Positions 24,800 through 38,108 of a stretch of 64,000 nt of DNA are shown here, piece by piece. The stretch covers positions 116,066,001 to 116,130,000 of the forward strand of contig NW_024704743.1 of assembly GCF_018977255.1 (NCBI RefSeq), written 5' to 3'. The translations under genes were made by a program, and so were the position numbers. Numbering within the stretch: position 1 is the stretch's first letter; each line of letters starts with the position of its first letter. The notes beneath the pieces are model-generated. The model was not told the DNA's origin and did not search any database. It worked only from the letters and a program-made list of their open reading frames with translations. The DNA is from Callorhinchus milii (Eukaryota).

Positions 24800-26787
24800 A
24801 CAATAATAATAATCCTTAAATTTAAATTTGATACATAGGGAGAATGTTTAAAAGCACTTCACCCGATTTACAGTAAAGTGTAGTTACTCTTATTTTTTAG
24901 GTGAATGTGGCAGCTAGTTTGCACACAGCTATGTCTTACAAACAGCCATGAATTGAATGAGCAACTTTATTTGTGAGATTGTTGGCCAGGACACCAGCAG
25001 AAATGCCCTTCTCTTTTTGAATAGTGCCACTGAATCTTTAACGTCCACTTGAACAGGTGGACAAGACCTTGGTTTAACATCTTATCCAATGGATGGCACC
25101 TCGAACAATGCAGCGCATCCCCAACACTGCACTGGAGCATCAGCCTAGATGGCCTGCATCTTAGGGTTTTAAAAGAGGAGGCTGCTGAGATAATGGATGC
25201 CTTGTTTGTAATCTTCCAAAATTCTCTGGATTCTGGAACAGTTCCCATTGATTAGAAGATCGCAAACATAACACTACTATTTAAGAAGGGTGGGAGAGAG
25301 AAGATGGGGAACTATAGACCAGTCAGTCTGACATCGGTGGTAGGGAAAATTCTAAAATCCTTAATTAGGGACGTCATAGTAGTGTGCTTAGAAGCCCATA
25401 ACATGATTAGGCAGAGTCAAAATGACTTTACAAAAGGGAAGTCATGCTTAACAATTCTTTCAGAGTTTTTTTGAGGATGTAACTAGCAGGTTAGATAGGA
25501 GGGAACCAGTAGATGTAGTGTATTTAGATTTTCAGAAGGCATTTGACAAGGTGCCACATAAGATTAGGGCCCATGGAATTAAAAGCAATATATTAGCATG
25601 GATCGAAAAATGGCTAACAGGAAGAAAACAGAGAGTAGGGATAAACGGGTCCTTCTCAGATTGGCGGGATGTGACTAATGGAGTGCCACAAGAATCAGTG
25701 CTTCGGCCTCAGCTATTTACAATCTATATCAATGATCTAGATGAAGACATAGAACTTAAAATATCTAAATTGCGAATGATACTAAGCTAGGTGGGAGAGT
25801 AAGCTCTGAGGATGACATAAAAAGATTCCAAAGGGATATAGATAGGCTAGGTGAGTGGATAAGAAGGTGGCAGATGGAATATAATGTGGGGAAGTGTGAA
25901 GTTATTCACCAAGGTAGTAAAAACAGAAAAACAGATTATTTTCTGGAAGGGGAGAGATTAGATAGTGTTAGTGTTCAGAGGGATTTGGGTGTCTTTTTAC
26001 ACCAGTCACAAAAAGTTAGCATGCAGGTACAGCAAGCAACTAGGAAGGCTAATGGCATGTTGGTGTTTATTGCAAAAGGGTTAGAATACAAGAGTAGGGA
26101 AGTCTTGCTGCAAGTGTATGAGGCCTTGGTGAGACCGCACCTGGAATGTTGTGTGCAGTTTTGGTCTCCTTGTTTAAGAAAGAACATACTCGCCTTAGAG
26201 GGGGTGCAGCATAGATTCACTAGGTTAGTTCCTGGGATGAGGGGGTTGACCTATGAGGATAGGTTGAGTAAACTAGGCCTATATTCTCTGGAATATAGAA
26301 GAATTATGGGTGATCTTATAGAAACATATAAGATTCTTATGTGGCTTGACAGAGTAGACAGTGTGAGACTGTTTCCGCTGGTAGGAGAATCTATAACTAG
26401 GGGTCACAGTCTTAAGATTAAGGGTCAGCCTTTTTGAACAGAGTTGAGGAAACACGTCTTCACTCAGAGGATAGTGAATTTATGGAATTCTCTATCCCAG
26501 AAGGCTGCAGATACTCAGTTCTTGAACATATTCAAGACTGAGTATGATATATTTCTAAAGGATAGAAGGATTAAGGGATATGGGGATAAGGCGGGCGAAT
26601 GCAGTTAGGTTAGAAGATCAGCCATAATCCTATTGAATGGGGGGGCAGGCTCGAGCGGCTGAATGGCCTACTCCTGCTCCTAATTCCTATGTTCCTATAG
26701 ACATTCCTGACGTCCTGACGAGGGGCTTGAACCCAGAACCTTCTGACTTTAGAGGTGAAAGTACTGCCAACTGAGCAAAGCAGACAC
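24800..26787 (-). mobile_element. Family A DeuSINE split by the CR1 insertion (pieces 24800-25147 and 26699-26787)
   Basis: The body ends at ...ggagcatcagcctaga. The head resumes after the CR1 tail (ggggcttgaacccagaaccttctgact...caactgagc). Confidence 0.8.
25148..26698 (+). mobile_element. 5'-truncated CR1-clade LINE, degenerate ORF2
   Basis: Motifs DGLHLRVLKE, YRPVSLTSVVGK, YLDFQKAFDKVPH, GVPQESVLRP, RPHLECCVQFWSP and GDLIETYKIL, interrupted by stops and frameshifts. CR1-type 3' end gaatggcctactcctgctcctaattcctatgttcctat. Confidence 0.93.
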
Positions 26788-26869
26788 CTTGAGAAGGCTT
26801 GCTCTACTGTAGCCATTATCTGTGGTGGCGAGACATATGTTGTCTTCAATCAGCATTTATCTTGACAGA

Positions 26870-27095
26870 GCTTAGAATCATAGAATATTACAGCACAGAA
26901 GGAGACCATTCAGCCCATCATGCCTGTGCTGGTCCTTTGGAAGAGCTACCCAATCAGTCCCTTTCCCCTACTCTTTCCTCAAATTTTTCCTCTTAAAACA
27001 CCTATCTAATTCCTTTTTGAAAATTGTTATTGAATCTGTTTCCACCGTCCTTTCACCCAGCACATTCCAGACTGTAACAACTCTCTGTGTAAAAA
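26870..27095 (-). mobile_element. CR1-type 3' end fragment
   Basis: tagaatcatagaa tail followed by cagcacagaaggagaccattcagccc. Similar CR1 3' remnants lie at about 735-845, 4500-4655, 38390-38560, 40730-40900 and 43330-43490. Confidence 0.7.
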
Positions 27096-27877
27096 AGTGG
27101 GCACAGAAATGAAGAGTGCAGCAGGTTTTAGTCATATTTTGTGTTCAGAGCCAATATAATTTGACCTTTGTTTCATAGAAAGCATCCCTTCCGTTTCATC
27201 TTTATTTTAGTGAAATCTAAAGAGGCTGACGTTTTCACTCATCTTCATGCAGTATTTCGGCAAAAGTGACAAAGGCTGTAACATTATCCCACTCGCTGTA
27301 AGCTTGGTGAATGGATTCTCCCATGCTTTGTGCCTTACAATGGCACTAATATCAATGCCAATGGCTAATCACAAATAGTTTCTTTTATGATTACTCCTCG
27401 GACACATTCGTGATTATCCCTCAGTCATACTCCCACCTGTGGTGCTGTAAGTTCTGGCAAAGGGCACTCTTCCAATCTGCAAACCATTCACACAATCTAC
27501 TGAGTGCACTCAGCACTAAGTCGATTACTGGCAGGGCACTTACTTACTATAAGAACAGATGAAAGCACAGAATGAGAAAAGGGTGTTTAACCCTGGCTCC
27601 CCACATCTCTCTTCAGGGAAATGCTCGTCTTCTACCAGGCAATGCAGTTGTGTTGGATTCTTCCATCTCAAGATTCCTACAACACACATCTGAGAGATGC
27701 AGTGGAAGGAATAGAGCATTTTGGGAAAGACTGGCGTGGCTCAAACCTACGTTCTACCAACTGTGCTAACTTGGCACCTGAACGACTTGAAATGCACTAA
27801 GCTATTCACAAGAAGGTTGCAGGTTGGAATCCCATTTGGCAAGTACTCTTGCATCTGAGTTAGATTATTGTGAGTTC

Positions 27878-30165
27878 CAACAACAACAACGACTTAGAGT
27901 TATATAGCGCTCTCCACTCCGGATGGCATCTCAGAGCGCTTCACAGTAACTGATCCCGGGGCCGAGCCAGGGGGAGGGGGAGGAAGGTGACCAAAGGCGC
28001 GGTCGAAAAGAAAGGTCTTCAGCAGAGACCTGAAAATAGGAAGAGAGAGAGCGAGGCGAAGGGAGTGAGGAAGGGAGTTCCAGAACCTCGGAGCATAGTG
28101 GCTGAAGGCACAGCCACCGAGGGTGAGGATCTTAAAGTTGATCTTCAAGTCGATCCTCTCGTCTGGCAAGGACTGGGGTGATCAGGGAGCAGAGTTTCGT
28201 GCAGGTGAGAATGCGGACGGCAGAGTTTTGAATAATCTGGATTTTGTGGATGGTATTGGATTGGAGACCGGCGAGGAGGGCATTACAATAGTCCAGCTGA
28301 GAGATGACAAAGGCATGGACCAGGGTTTCAGCGGCTTTCGGAGAGAGGTATTGGCGGACACGGGTGATCCGTCGGAGGTGGAAGAAAGCGGTGCTGGTGA
28401 GGGACCGAATGTGGGGGAGGAAGGATAATTGGGGGTCAAACCTGACACCTAGGTTGCGTACGGGTTTGGAGAGTTTCAGGGGGAGGTCGGGTAGGTGGAG
28501 GAGGTGAGAACCGTGAGATTTTAGATGTTGACAAGAGCCAAAGAGTATGGCTTCCGTCTTGTCAACGTTCAGCTGAAGGAAATTTGCGCTCATCCAGCCC
28601 CTGAGGTCTGACAGGCAGGCTGACAGAACATCAGGGGACTGGGGGTCGCAAAGAGAGGTGGAAAAATAGAGTTGGGTGTCGTCCGCGTACATGTGGAAAT
28701 GTACCCCATGTCTGCGGATGACATCCCCAAGAGGGAGCATATAGATCAGAAAGAGGAGGGGGCCAAGGATGGATCCTCAGGATACCCCGCAGGTGACCGG
28801 GTGCGACCAGGAGGAAAAGCCGTTTGTGCAGATGTACTGCTGGCAGTTTGTGAGGTAGAACTCGAACCAGGCGAGTGCAGTCCCACTGAGGTGGATGACA
28901 GAGGAAAGACGGTGGAGGAGGATGGCATGATCGACTGTGTCAAACGCGGCTGAGAGGTATAGGAGGACAAGAAGGCAGAGGGAGCCCTGGTCACAGATAG
29001 AGAGGATGTCGTTTGTGACTTTCACAAGTGCAGTCTCTGTACTGTGGGCAGGGCGGAAACCGGACTGGAGGGGTTCGAAGATGGAGTGGGAGGAGAGGTG
29101 TGCATGAAGTTGATTGGCAACGATGCGTTCTAGAACTTTTGAGAGGAAGGGCAGGTTAGATATAGGGTGATAGTGGCTGGGGTTTGAGGGATCTAAGGAG
29201 GGTTTTTTCAGGAAGGGGGTGATGGCAGCAGTTTTGAGGGAGGCAGGGACTGATCCGGAGGAGAGGGACTGGTTGATGATGTCAGCCAGTAGTGGGCAGA
29301 TGAGGGGGAGCTGGGTGACCAGCAAGTTGGTGGGGATGTGGTCAAGGCAGCAGGTGGTGGGTTTCATGGAGGTGATGGTGGGTGAGAGGGAGGAGGGAGA
29401 GATGGGGAGGAAGGAATGTAGGATGGGGGTGGTGGTAGGAACAGATGATGGGGAGGGTGAGGGGGACAGAGAGGGTGCGGTGGTGGGTGACAAGCGGCAG
29501 GTGATGAGGCTGCCTGGCGGATGTTAAGTATTTTAGAAGAGAAGAAGTCCATGACCTCCTTGTACTTGGCATTTGATATGAAGATTGAGGAGGCCAGAGG
29601 GGGGGCACGGAGGAGGTAGTGGGTGGTGGGAAAAAAAGATTTTAGGCTTGTGTTTAGCCTCCAAAATGATGTTGGAGTAGAAGGCTGGTATTGCGCGTGT
29701 CAAAGAACGACGGTAACTATGGAGATGCTCGAGCCACCGTTGGCGGTGAACTGTCAGGCCAGTTTTCCGCCATCTGCGCTCGAGCAGCCAGGTTTGGGTT
29801 TTTTGGCGGTGGAGATGATTGTTGTACCAGGGGGATCGGGTGGGTTTGGAGCTGGTCCTGGATTACATGGGGACGAGGGAGTTGAAGGTGGAGGAGAGGC
29901 GATCGTGGAGCATGTGGAGCAGATGATCAGGAGGATGAGGGGGACAGACAGGGCGTGGTGGTGGGTGACAAGAAGCAGGTGCATGAGGCTGCCTGGCGGC
30001 CTTTGTGATGTGAGATGATGTGAGGGCCTTTGTGAGGGTCTCAGGGGGAAGCCTTTTCCAAGGGGGTAGAGGATTGTTGAGGGCTTGGTGGAGGAGAGAG
30101 GGATGTGAGAGGAGAAGGAGATGAGGAAGTGGTCCGAGATGGCTTTGTCCACTATGATGTCCACT
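27878..30165 (-). mobile_element. Older L2 LINE, second subfamily, disrupted ORF2
   Basis: Minus-strand ORFs 28777-29493 and 28132-28740 carry [24 protein letters not shown] and NLGVRFD. (caa)n tail at about 27878. Confidence 0.92.
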
Positions 30166-31684
30166 ATCCAGGCCCCACCCCCCAATCTCTGATCTTCTGC
30201 TACCCCATTCCTCTGTCCTTCCACTCGACTAACTCAGGAATTGTGTAACCCGCCCCCCACCCACTCAGCAGCCAAACTTTCAGATTCTATGCCCCTAACC
30301 TCTGGAATTCCCTCCATCAATCACCTTGCAAGACTCATTTATCTTTTTCTGCCTTTAAGTCCCGCCTTAAAACGTACTTCTTCGAGGGCACTTATTGTCA
30401 CATCGGCCTTCCCCGCATCCTGCTCAGTCATTGTAAAGCACTCCAAGACATTATGTGCATTTTGGAGTGCATTACAATGACTGTACATAATGACGCTATA
30501 TAAATGCACATTGTTGTTGTTGCATTGAGGTCTATAAAAAGGGCCCTGATATACCAAATAAGTGACAAGAATGCTGGAAGTTTACAGAATAGTAACTTCA
30601 CCAGCAATGTCTGTATCACAGTAGTTATGACGGTGGCAGTGGGGTTGACTGGGCAGGTGACCCTCTGAAATGATTCTCATCCGGAATAGGGTGACTAGGC
30701 GACTCCAGCTCCACTTCCCTTGCACTTATACAACACCTTTCATATGCGAGAACATCTCAAAATGCTTTACAGAGATTGAGTGAGAGAATGAGCAAAGCAG
30801 GACATGGTTGTGATAGGTGCAGATAGGTGCAGTCAAAGAGAGGATTTTTCAATAGGTCTGAAAGCATGTACACATAGGGAAGGAGCAAGGCAGAGAGATT
30901 TAGGGAGAGAGAGACAAATAGGGAACTCAAAGTCTCTGAAAGGCTTGTCACCCCCACCGTCCCCTGTCCCCCCACCCTTCCACAAAACAGGTCCGAGTTT
31001 GAGGCAGTGGTTGGGGGCAGGGGAGTGGGACCATAGAAGATAGGAGAGCAGCAAGGCATGGAGGGGTTTGAAGATACGGACAAGGGTCTGGAAGTCAATC
31101 TGTAAAAATCATCAATTCTCACATTTTTTTCTTAAAAACAAAACTGACAGCAAAAAAATCATATTTAATCTGGAGGCCAATGTAGACATCAATAAAAACC
31201 TACAAGCGAGTGGATGAGACCTCCTAGAGTTCAACGGAATATAGATACTGTGCAATGTTGATATATTTGTAAAAATCAATCATCAGTTTGCTGAACAATG
31301 CTTCAGTTGGCGGCGACTGTTTGTTATAAAGGGAAAGGTCCTGAGACTAGAAATTAACTTTTTATGTACTGATCTTAATGAAAAACGCATTGATTTCACA
31401 TTGAACTGAAGAGCAAGCTGAAAGAGAATGTCACTGAAGCATAGTGAGTGATGGCAGATATAATTACCTGCTCCATCAGCAACATAGGGGGACGCATCAG
31501 AATGCAGGGCTGGATTTAATCCGTGTGATATGAGAGATGAAAATAAATAATAACCCTCGCCATTTCATGTAGCGCCTTTCATGTCAGGAGGATGTCTCAA
31601 AGCGTTTCGCAGGTTTACCGTTACGTGGTGCAGTGGCTGTATTTTGCAGGTGAATGTGGCAGCCAGCCACGTAATGACACGTGA

Positions 31685-33905
31685 CCTCTCCAAGGTCCTG
31701 GAACGAGTTGTTGCTTCTCAACTTTGCTCCTTCCTCTCCCGTTACTTCCCTCCTCAAACCCCTCCAATCGGGCTTCCGTGCCGTCCACAGGACAGAAACC
31801 GCCCTGGTCAAAGTGACAAATGACATTCTGTCCATCTGCGACCAGGGCTCCCTCTGCCTCCTCACCCTGCTTGACCTCTCTGCTGCTTTCGACACCGTCA
31901 ACAACAACAACAACAATACAATTACATTTACATTTACAGAGCGCCTTTCATATCGGGAGGATATCCCAAAGCGCTGAACAGTCAGGTGTTGGGGCCTGAG
32001 CATGGGGGAGGGATGGTGTAGGGGTGAGGGAAGGCAGAGAGATGGGAGGGTGACCGAAGGCACGATCGAAGAGAAGGGTCTTGAGACCGTCCTTGAAGGA
32101 GGCAAGGGAGGAAGCAAGGCAAAGGGACTGTGGGATGGAGTTCTAGAGTGTGGGGGCAAAGAAGCTGAAAGCCCGGCCGATGGTAGGGCGGATCGGGCAG
32201 GAGACATGGAGCAGACCGGAGCCCGCTGAGCGGAGGGAGCAGGCAGGTTGGTAGAGAGTTAGCAGGTCAGAGAGGTAGGAGGGGGCAAGGCCATAGATGG
32301 CCTTAAAGGTGAGGATGAGGACCTTGAACGCGATCCTCTGGGGGATGGGGAGCCAGTGGAGTCAGGCGAGGATGGGAGTGATGGAGTCACGGAGCCTGTT
32401 GCGTGAGAGTACACGAGCTCAGAGTTTTGGATGATCTGCACCTTGTGAAGGGAAGAGTTGGGAAGGCCGATGAGGAGGGAGTTTCCATAATGGAGCCTTG
32501 ATGTGACGAATGCGTGGGTGAGGGTTTCGGCGATCTGAGGGGTGAGGTAGTGGCGGAGTCTGGTAATGTTGCGGAGATCGTGGTAGGCAGTGCTGGTCAT
32601 GGCGCAGATGTGGGGGAGAAAGGACAGTTCAGGGTCGAACAAGATACCCAGGTTCCTGACTGGCTTAGTGAGTTTGAGCGTGCAGCCGTGGAGGCCGATG
32701 CTGCCAGCGCCTGAGGTGCGGAGGCGCTGGCGCGAGCCAATCAGGGTAGTCAACCACTCTGTCCTCATCCACCACCTCTCCTCTCACCTCAACCTCCATG
32801 GCGCTGTCCTTGATTGGTTCAGATCGTACCTCTGACACCGCCTGTGCTGCAACTCCTCAAACGGCTTTTCCTCTAGTCCCTGGACCATCTCGTGTGGCGT
32901 TCCTCAGGGCTCTGTCCTTGTTCCCCTCCTCTTCAACATCTGTATGCTTCCTCTCGATGATGTCATCCATGGACATGGGGTCAACTTCCACATGTATGCG
33001 GATGATACCTAACTCTACCCCTCTGCCTCCACCCTTGACTCCAGCACCATTGCTGTCCTGACAGAATGTCTGTCAGACATCAAGTTCTGGATGAGAGCTA
33101 ACTTTCTTCGGTTGAACGTCAACAAGACCGAGGCTCTCCTGATTGGCTGCCGTCAGCGCCTCCTCACCTCAGGCACTGACAGCATCACCATCCATGGTTG
33201 CACACTTCACCTTGCTAAGCCAGTCTGGAACCTTGGGGTCTTGTTAGACCCTCAACTATCCTTTCTACCCCACATCTGCACCATGACCCGCTCTGCCTTC
33301 CCCCACCTCCGCAACGTCACCCATCTCCGACACTGTCTTATACCACAGGCCGCCGAAACCCTTATGCACGCCTTCATTGCATCGAGGCTCGACTATGCAA
33401 ACTCACTGCTTGTCGGCCTCCCCAACTTCTCCCTCCACAGGCTGCAGATCATCCAGAACTCTGCAGCCTGTGTCCTCTCCTGCACAAGGCTCTGCGACCC
33501 CATCCTTGCCCAACTCCACTGGCTTCCCATCACACAGAGGATACAGTTCAAGATCCTGGTCCTCACCTTCAAAATCCTCACCGACCTCCTAACTCTGTCC
33601 GCTCAGCAGGCTCCGGCCTGCTTTACGGCCCCGCCTTGCTTGCCCCACTATCAGCAAGCAGGCCTTCCGCCACTCTGCACCCACCCTTTGGAACTCCGTC
33701 CCGCAGTCCCTCTGTCTCGTCCCCTGCCTCGCCACCTTCGAGACCCACCTCAAGACCTTCCTCTTCGACCGTGCTTTTGATCTCCCTGCTTCCCCCCCTT
33801 CCCTACCCCGACCCTCAGCTCGGGTCCATAACTCTGTCTGTCCAGCACCTTTGGACGTCCTCCCGATGTGAAAGGCGCTACACAAATGTAATTTTGTTGT
33901 TGTTG
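31685..33905 (+). mobile_element. L2 LINE (host), split at AFDTVN|H by the nested antisense L2
   Basis: 31685-31902 encodes [22 protein letters not shown]. The sequence resumes at about 32749 (VNHSVLIHHLSSHLNL..YADD) and runs to a ttgttgttg tail at 33905. Confidence 0.9.
31903..32748 (-). mobile_element. Nested 5'-truncated L2 LINE in antisense orientation
   Basis: (caa)n tail at the left end. Minus-strand [45 protein letters not shown]. Flanked by gtcaac at 31897-31902 and 32749-32754. Confidence 0.9.
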
Positions 33906-34937
33906 ACACAGTAATGTCAGTGAAGTGAATGACCAATTATTATTGGGGCGATTGTTGGCCAGGACACCGGGGGAAACTGCTTTCTCTTTTCAGGTGGTAC
34001 CATAGGACCTTTAACATTCACCTGAATAGGTAGACAAGACCTTGGTAATGTCTCATCTGAAAAACGCCACCTGACATGACATTGCATTCACCCACTTGGC
34101 CATTCATGGATGGGGGAGCAGCAGTTCTTCAATGAACTGTTAATCCCAGACGACATCTAAGTGTTACAGGTTGAAGCTCAATATAGTTGATTCCTATTTA
34201 GTAAATGAGTCACTAGACAATGATTATTATCATTTCCATTCTCCATTATTATTCTCAAGCACTGTAAAAGCTTTTAATGAAATGTCATGATAAAAATGAT
34301 CAACATAACAAGCAGTACTCCCATCCCCTAGTTGATGTTAGTGCCACAAGCATGCGTGATTTATGCAAATTCTACAAAATGCACAGTAACCAAACTTTAG
34401 AGTACATCCTGTGAAGCGTTGTGGGACGTGCTCTTGACGTGAAGGGTACTACGTCAAATGCAAGGATGATTATTATGATTATTATTCTCCATTATTATTC
34501 TCAAGCACTGTAAAAGCTTTCAGTGAAATGTCACGATAAAAATGAACAAGATAACCAGCAATACTGTTACTTGCATCCCCAATTTCTGGAATCCTCGAAC
34601 CTGCCCTTAAAAGCGATTTGCCTGTCTGTCTTTCTTTTGCCTGAGTGTGTGCTTAAGTCTTTTGTATGCCTCTCACCTTTTTTGATTAATTTTTCAAGCC
34701 TCCTGTGTGTCTTCAATGTATATTCTATCTTCTGCCTTTCCTGCCTTCTGTCATTCATTTTTGGTTTGTGTCATTTCTGTCTTGCATCTCTATTTCACCC
34801 TCACCTTTATCACTTGATGTTTTGCCTTCTATGTCTCAGTTTAACTCAGTTGGTAGCCCTCTCACTTTTGAGTCAAAAGGTTGTGGCTTCAAATCCCATA
34901 TTGGGCCTTGAGCTGACTAGGGTAACAGTGTTGTGAG

Positions 34938-35803
34938 AACAACAACAACAAGATTCCATTTATTGAGCTCCTTTCACGTCGGGAGGACGTCCCAAGGCGC
35001 TGTACAGTTGGGTCAGGACCCGAGCAGGGGGGAAATGGTCAGGGTGAGGGGAGGGAAGGGAGGGAGTGAGCAGGGGGGAAATAGTCAGGGTGAGGGGAGG
35101 GAAGGGAGGGAGCGAAGAGGGGGTAGAGAGTCGAGAGGGGAGCTGAAGGCACGGTCAAAGAGAAAGGTCTTGAGACCGGCCTTGAAGGAGGAAAGGGAGG
35201 AGGTGGCGAAGGCACTGGGGGATAGAGTTCCAGAGCCAAGGGGCTGAGAGGCTGAAGGCCCGGCCACCGATAGTAGGGCGGTTGGGGCGGGGGATGTGGA
35301 GCAGACCGGAGCCAGAGGAACGGAGGGTACGGGCGGGTAAGTAGGGGGATAGTAGGTCGGAGAGGTAGGAGGGAGCAAGGCCGTGAATGGCCTTGTAGGT
35401 GAGGATGAGGATCTTGAATTCGATCCTCTGGGGGATGGGGAGCCAGTGGAGGCGAGCGAGGGTGGGAGTGATGTGGTCCCGAAGCCTGGTGCGGGACAGT
35501 ACATGAGCTGCAGAGTTCTGAATGACCTGCAGTGTGGAGGGAGGTGCCGGGAAGGCCGGCGAGGAGAGAGTTCCCATAGTCCGGCCTTGAGGTGATGAAG
35601 GCGTGGACCAGAGTTTCAGCAGCGTGAGGGGTGAGGTAGTGCCGTAGTCTGGCGATGTTCCGGAGGTGATGGAAGGCGGTGCCAGTTGTGGCGCGGATAT
35701 GGGGGAGAAAGGACAGCTCAGGGTCGAACAAAACCCCGAGGTTCCTGATTGGCTTTGAGAGGTGGAGAGTGCAGCCTTGGATGCTGATGGTGTCAGCGCC
35801 TGA
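34938..35803 (-). mobile_element. 5'-truncated young L2 copy
   Basis: Reverse complement of about 2105-2978 with few differences. Putative TSD tgttgtgagaaca (34929-34941) / tgctgtcagaaca (35804-35816). Confidence 0.93.
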
Positions 35804-37992
35804 TGCTGTCAGAACACTGCATTGCCTGAGATGCCAGCCATCCTTCAGGTGAGAAGTCCAACCAAAGGTCCTGTCTACCTGTTTAGGTGGATGTTAAAGA
35901 TCCCATTGCACTTTTCAAGGGAAACAAAGTTACTCCCAGTATTCTGGCCAACAATCCTCCAAGTTAATTAGTTATTCACTTCATGGCTGTTGGTGGGATT
36001 TGGCTGTCGCAAAATGGCTGCTGAGTCTGTCTCTAAATTACAAGATGTTAAAGGCACGAACATTCTTTCTTATAGAGGGACAGTGGGTACATTACACTTT
36101 AAATGAAAAGCACACTTCCAATTGCTCCTGGATTTAATTTCCCCACCATTACTAGAATACGGCTTGCGGATGTGAAATGTTTGACAATGCTGAAATCCCT
36201 CCAGTTATTCCAGAATTCTGAGCTTTCGGCGAGATCAACCATCCGAGCCATTGAGAACTGTGGTACTCAATGTTTGTTATCCACCAGACTGCTACTGTGC
36301 GTTAGCTGATTAGTAAAAGAATGAATGCTACAAGTGTTTGCCTGATCAGCGAGAATTAGTTTAAATCCTGGAAATGTGGAATCAGCAAGTCCAAAGACAA
36401 ATTATACATTTGTGTGCAGATTTATTGCAATGTTAAATTAGCAACGTTTTGTCACTTGTGCCATCCTGGCTCAGTTGGTAGTACTTCTCTCCTCTGAGTC
36501 TGAAGGTTGCGAGTTCTAGCCCCACCTTCATCTTTAAGCTCACAGGCTGAGTCTTGGCTGACACTCCAATGTACCTCATTGTCGGAGGTGCAGTCATTCA
36601 AATGTGATGTTAAACTGGGACCCCATCTACCTTTGGTCTTCAAATTGAAGGTAGTGCAGAACGGTGGTAAATTCTTAAGTATGGTATTGATTTGATTGTC
36701 GCTTTCTTATCTTTAAAACTATGGAAAATGATGGCTTCCAAAATTAAAGCTGATTTGAAGAGTTTTTCGCAATCCTGCAGGATGTTAAATTTTAAGACAA
36801 AATAAGACACAGGCTGAGATTAGGTGGAATTTCGTGCCTATATCTGTTACTCCAACAGTGATTATTATTGTTAGTCTTTTGGGAGTTTTTTGACTTTGTT
36901 TAAGCTACTCGTCCAAAGCGTTTGATTGACTGATGATTGTGGTGCCCACGTAATACTCAATGGAGAAGCATAGATATATTGCCGGACACCTCAGTAATCA
37001 GCCCATTCAAGTCTGTTCCACGCCTGTCTTGGTCTGGCCGCTGAAGCTTATTATTATGCACCGAGCTCTGATTCTGTGCTCCTGTCTCTGGATGGCCACA
37101 TTGCAATTTCTACTGAAGCACTTTGGATGCAACAACAGTAGCAATTGTCAATTACTAAATGGTCCTTCAACCTATCACTGGTTTGAAATTACATTCGGGG
37201 TGACAAAAACTAAGTACTGGGAAAGTGGATTTGCATTTAACTTAGTGTTGCTACCTCTTCTCAATCTGCTTTACACTGAGGTGAATGACATGCAGGTGAA
37301 TAAAGGGAGAATGAGAGAAACTGGGGGATGGGGATAGGGGTGGTGGGGAGAGAGAGCGAGGGGAGATGGTGTGAAGGCAAATAAAATGAATAATAGACAA
37401 TATCTGGATTTTACCTCCTCCTGAATCCAGATAAGTTAAGGCCAATTATAGAGCCCAAACTATTACCCTAGGGTTGATATTAGATAACTCAGCACAGAAC
37501 TGGATTCAAATCTGCAGCCATACAGTCAGTGTGACCTTAACATAATAATAAAAATCCTTGTATTTGATACAGCACCTATAATGTCGAAATATCTCAAAGA
37601 GCTTTCTGGTAATTGCAGTGACAGTGTATTTTTGTGGGCGAATGAGGCAGCCAATTTGCACACAGCATCGTCCCACACAACAGCCACAAAGTGAATGATT
37701 AGTTTTATCTGGGGGATTGTTGGCCAGGATACGGGGAGAAACTCCATTCTCATTTTGACAGGACTCTTAATGTCCACCTGGACAGACAGGTGTATCTCAG
37801 TTTAACATCCCATTTAAAGAACAGCACCTCTGACAATTTACTCACCCACCCCTACTCTCTGACACTGAACTGGAATCGACAGTGCTACAAGACCATTGAT
37901 GCGTAATACAACTTATAATGGTAAAATGTAGATAAAAGTCTCCTATGATTGTTTAATTCTGTCCTGTTCATTTTTCTTCTTTTCTCTTCCAG

Positions 37993-38108
37993 TCAAAACC
38001 CCTCATTTTCTACGCCTCCAGAATGTGGAGGTTAATGCTGGGCAGAACGCCACGTTCCATTGCACGGCCAATGGGCAGACATCGCCGAACGATAAACTCT
38101 GGCTGCAG
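37993..38108 (+). CDS. PTPRM: PTPRM-like coding exon, Ig domain N-half (equivalent to exon 5)
   Basis: Long polypyrimidine tract then ttccag|TC, CAG|gtaacc donor, 116 bp, phase 1 to 0. Translates (I)[38 protein letters not shown]. Not in the ORF track. Confidence 0.95.
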
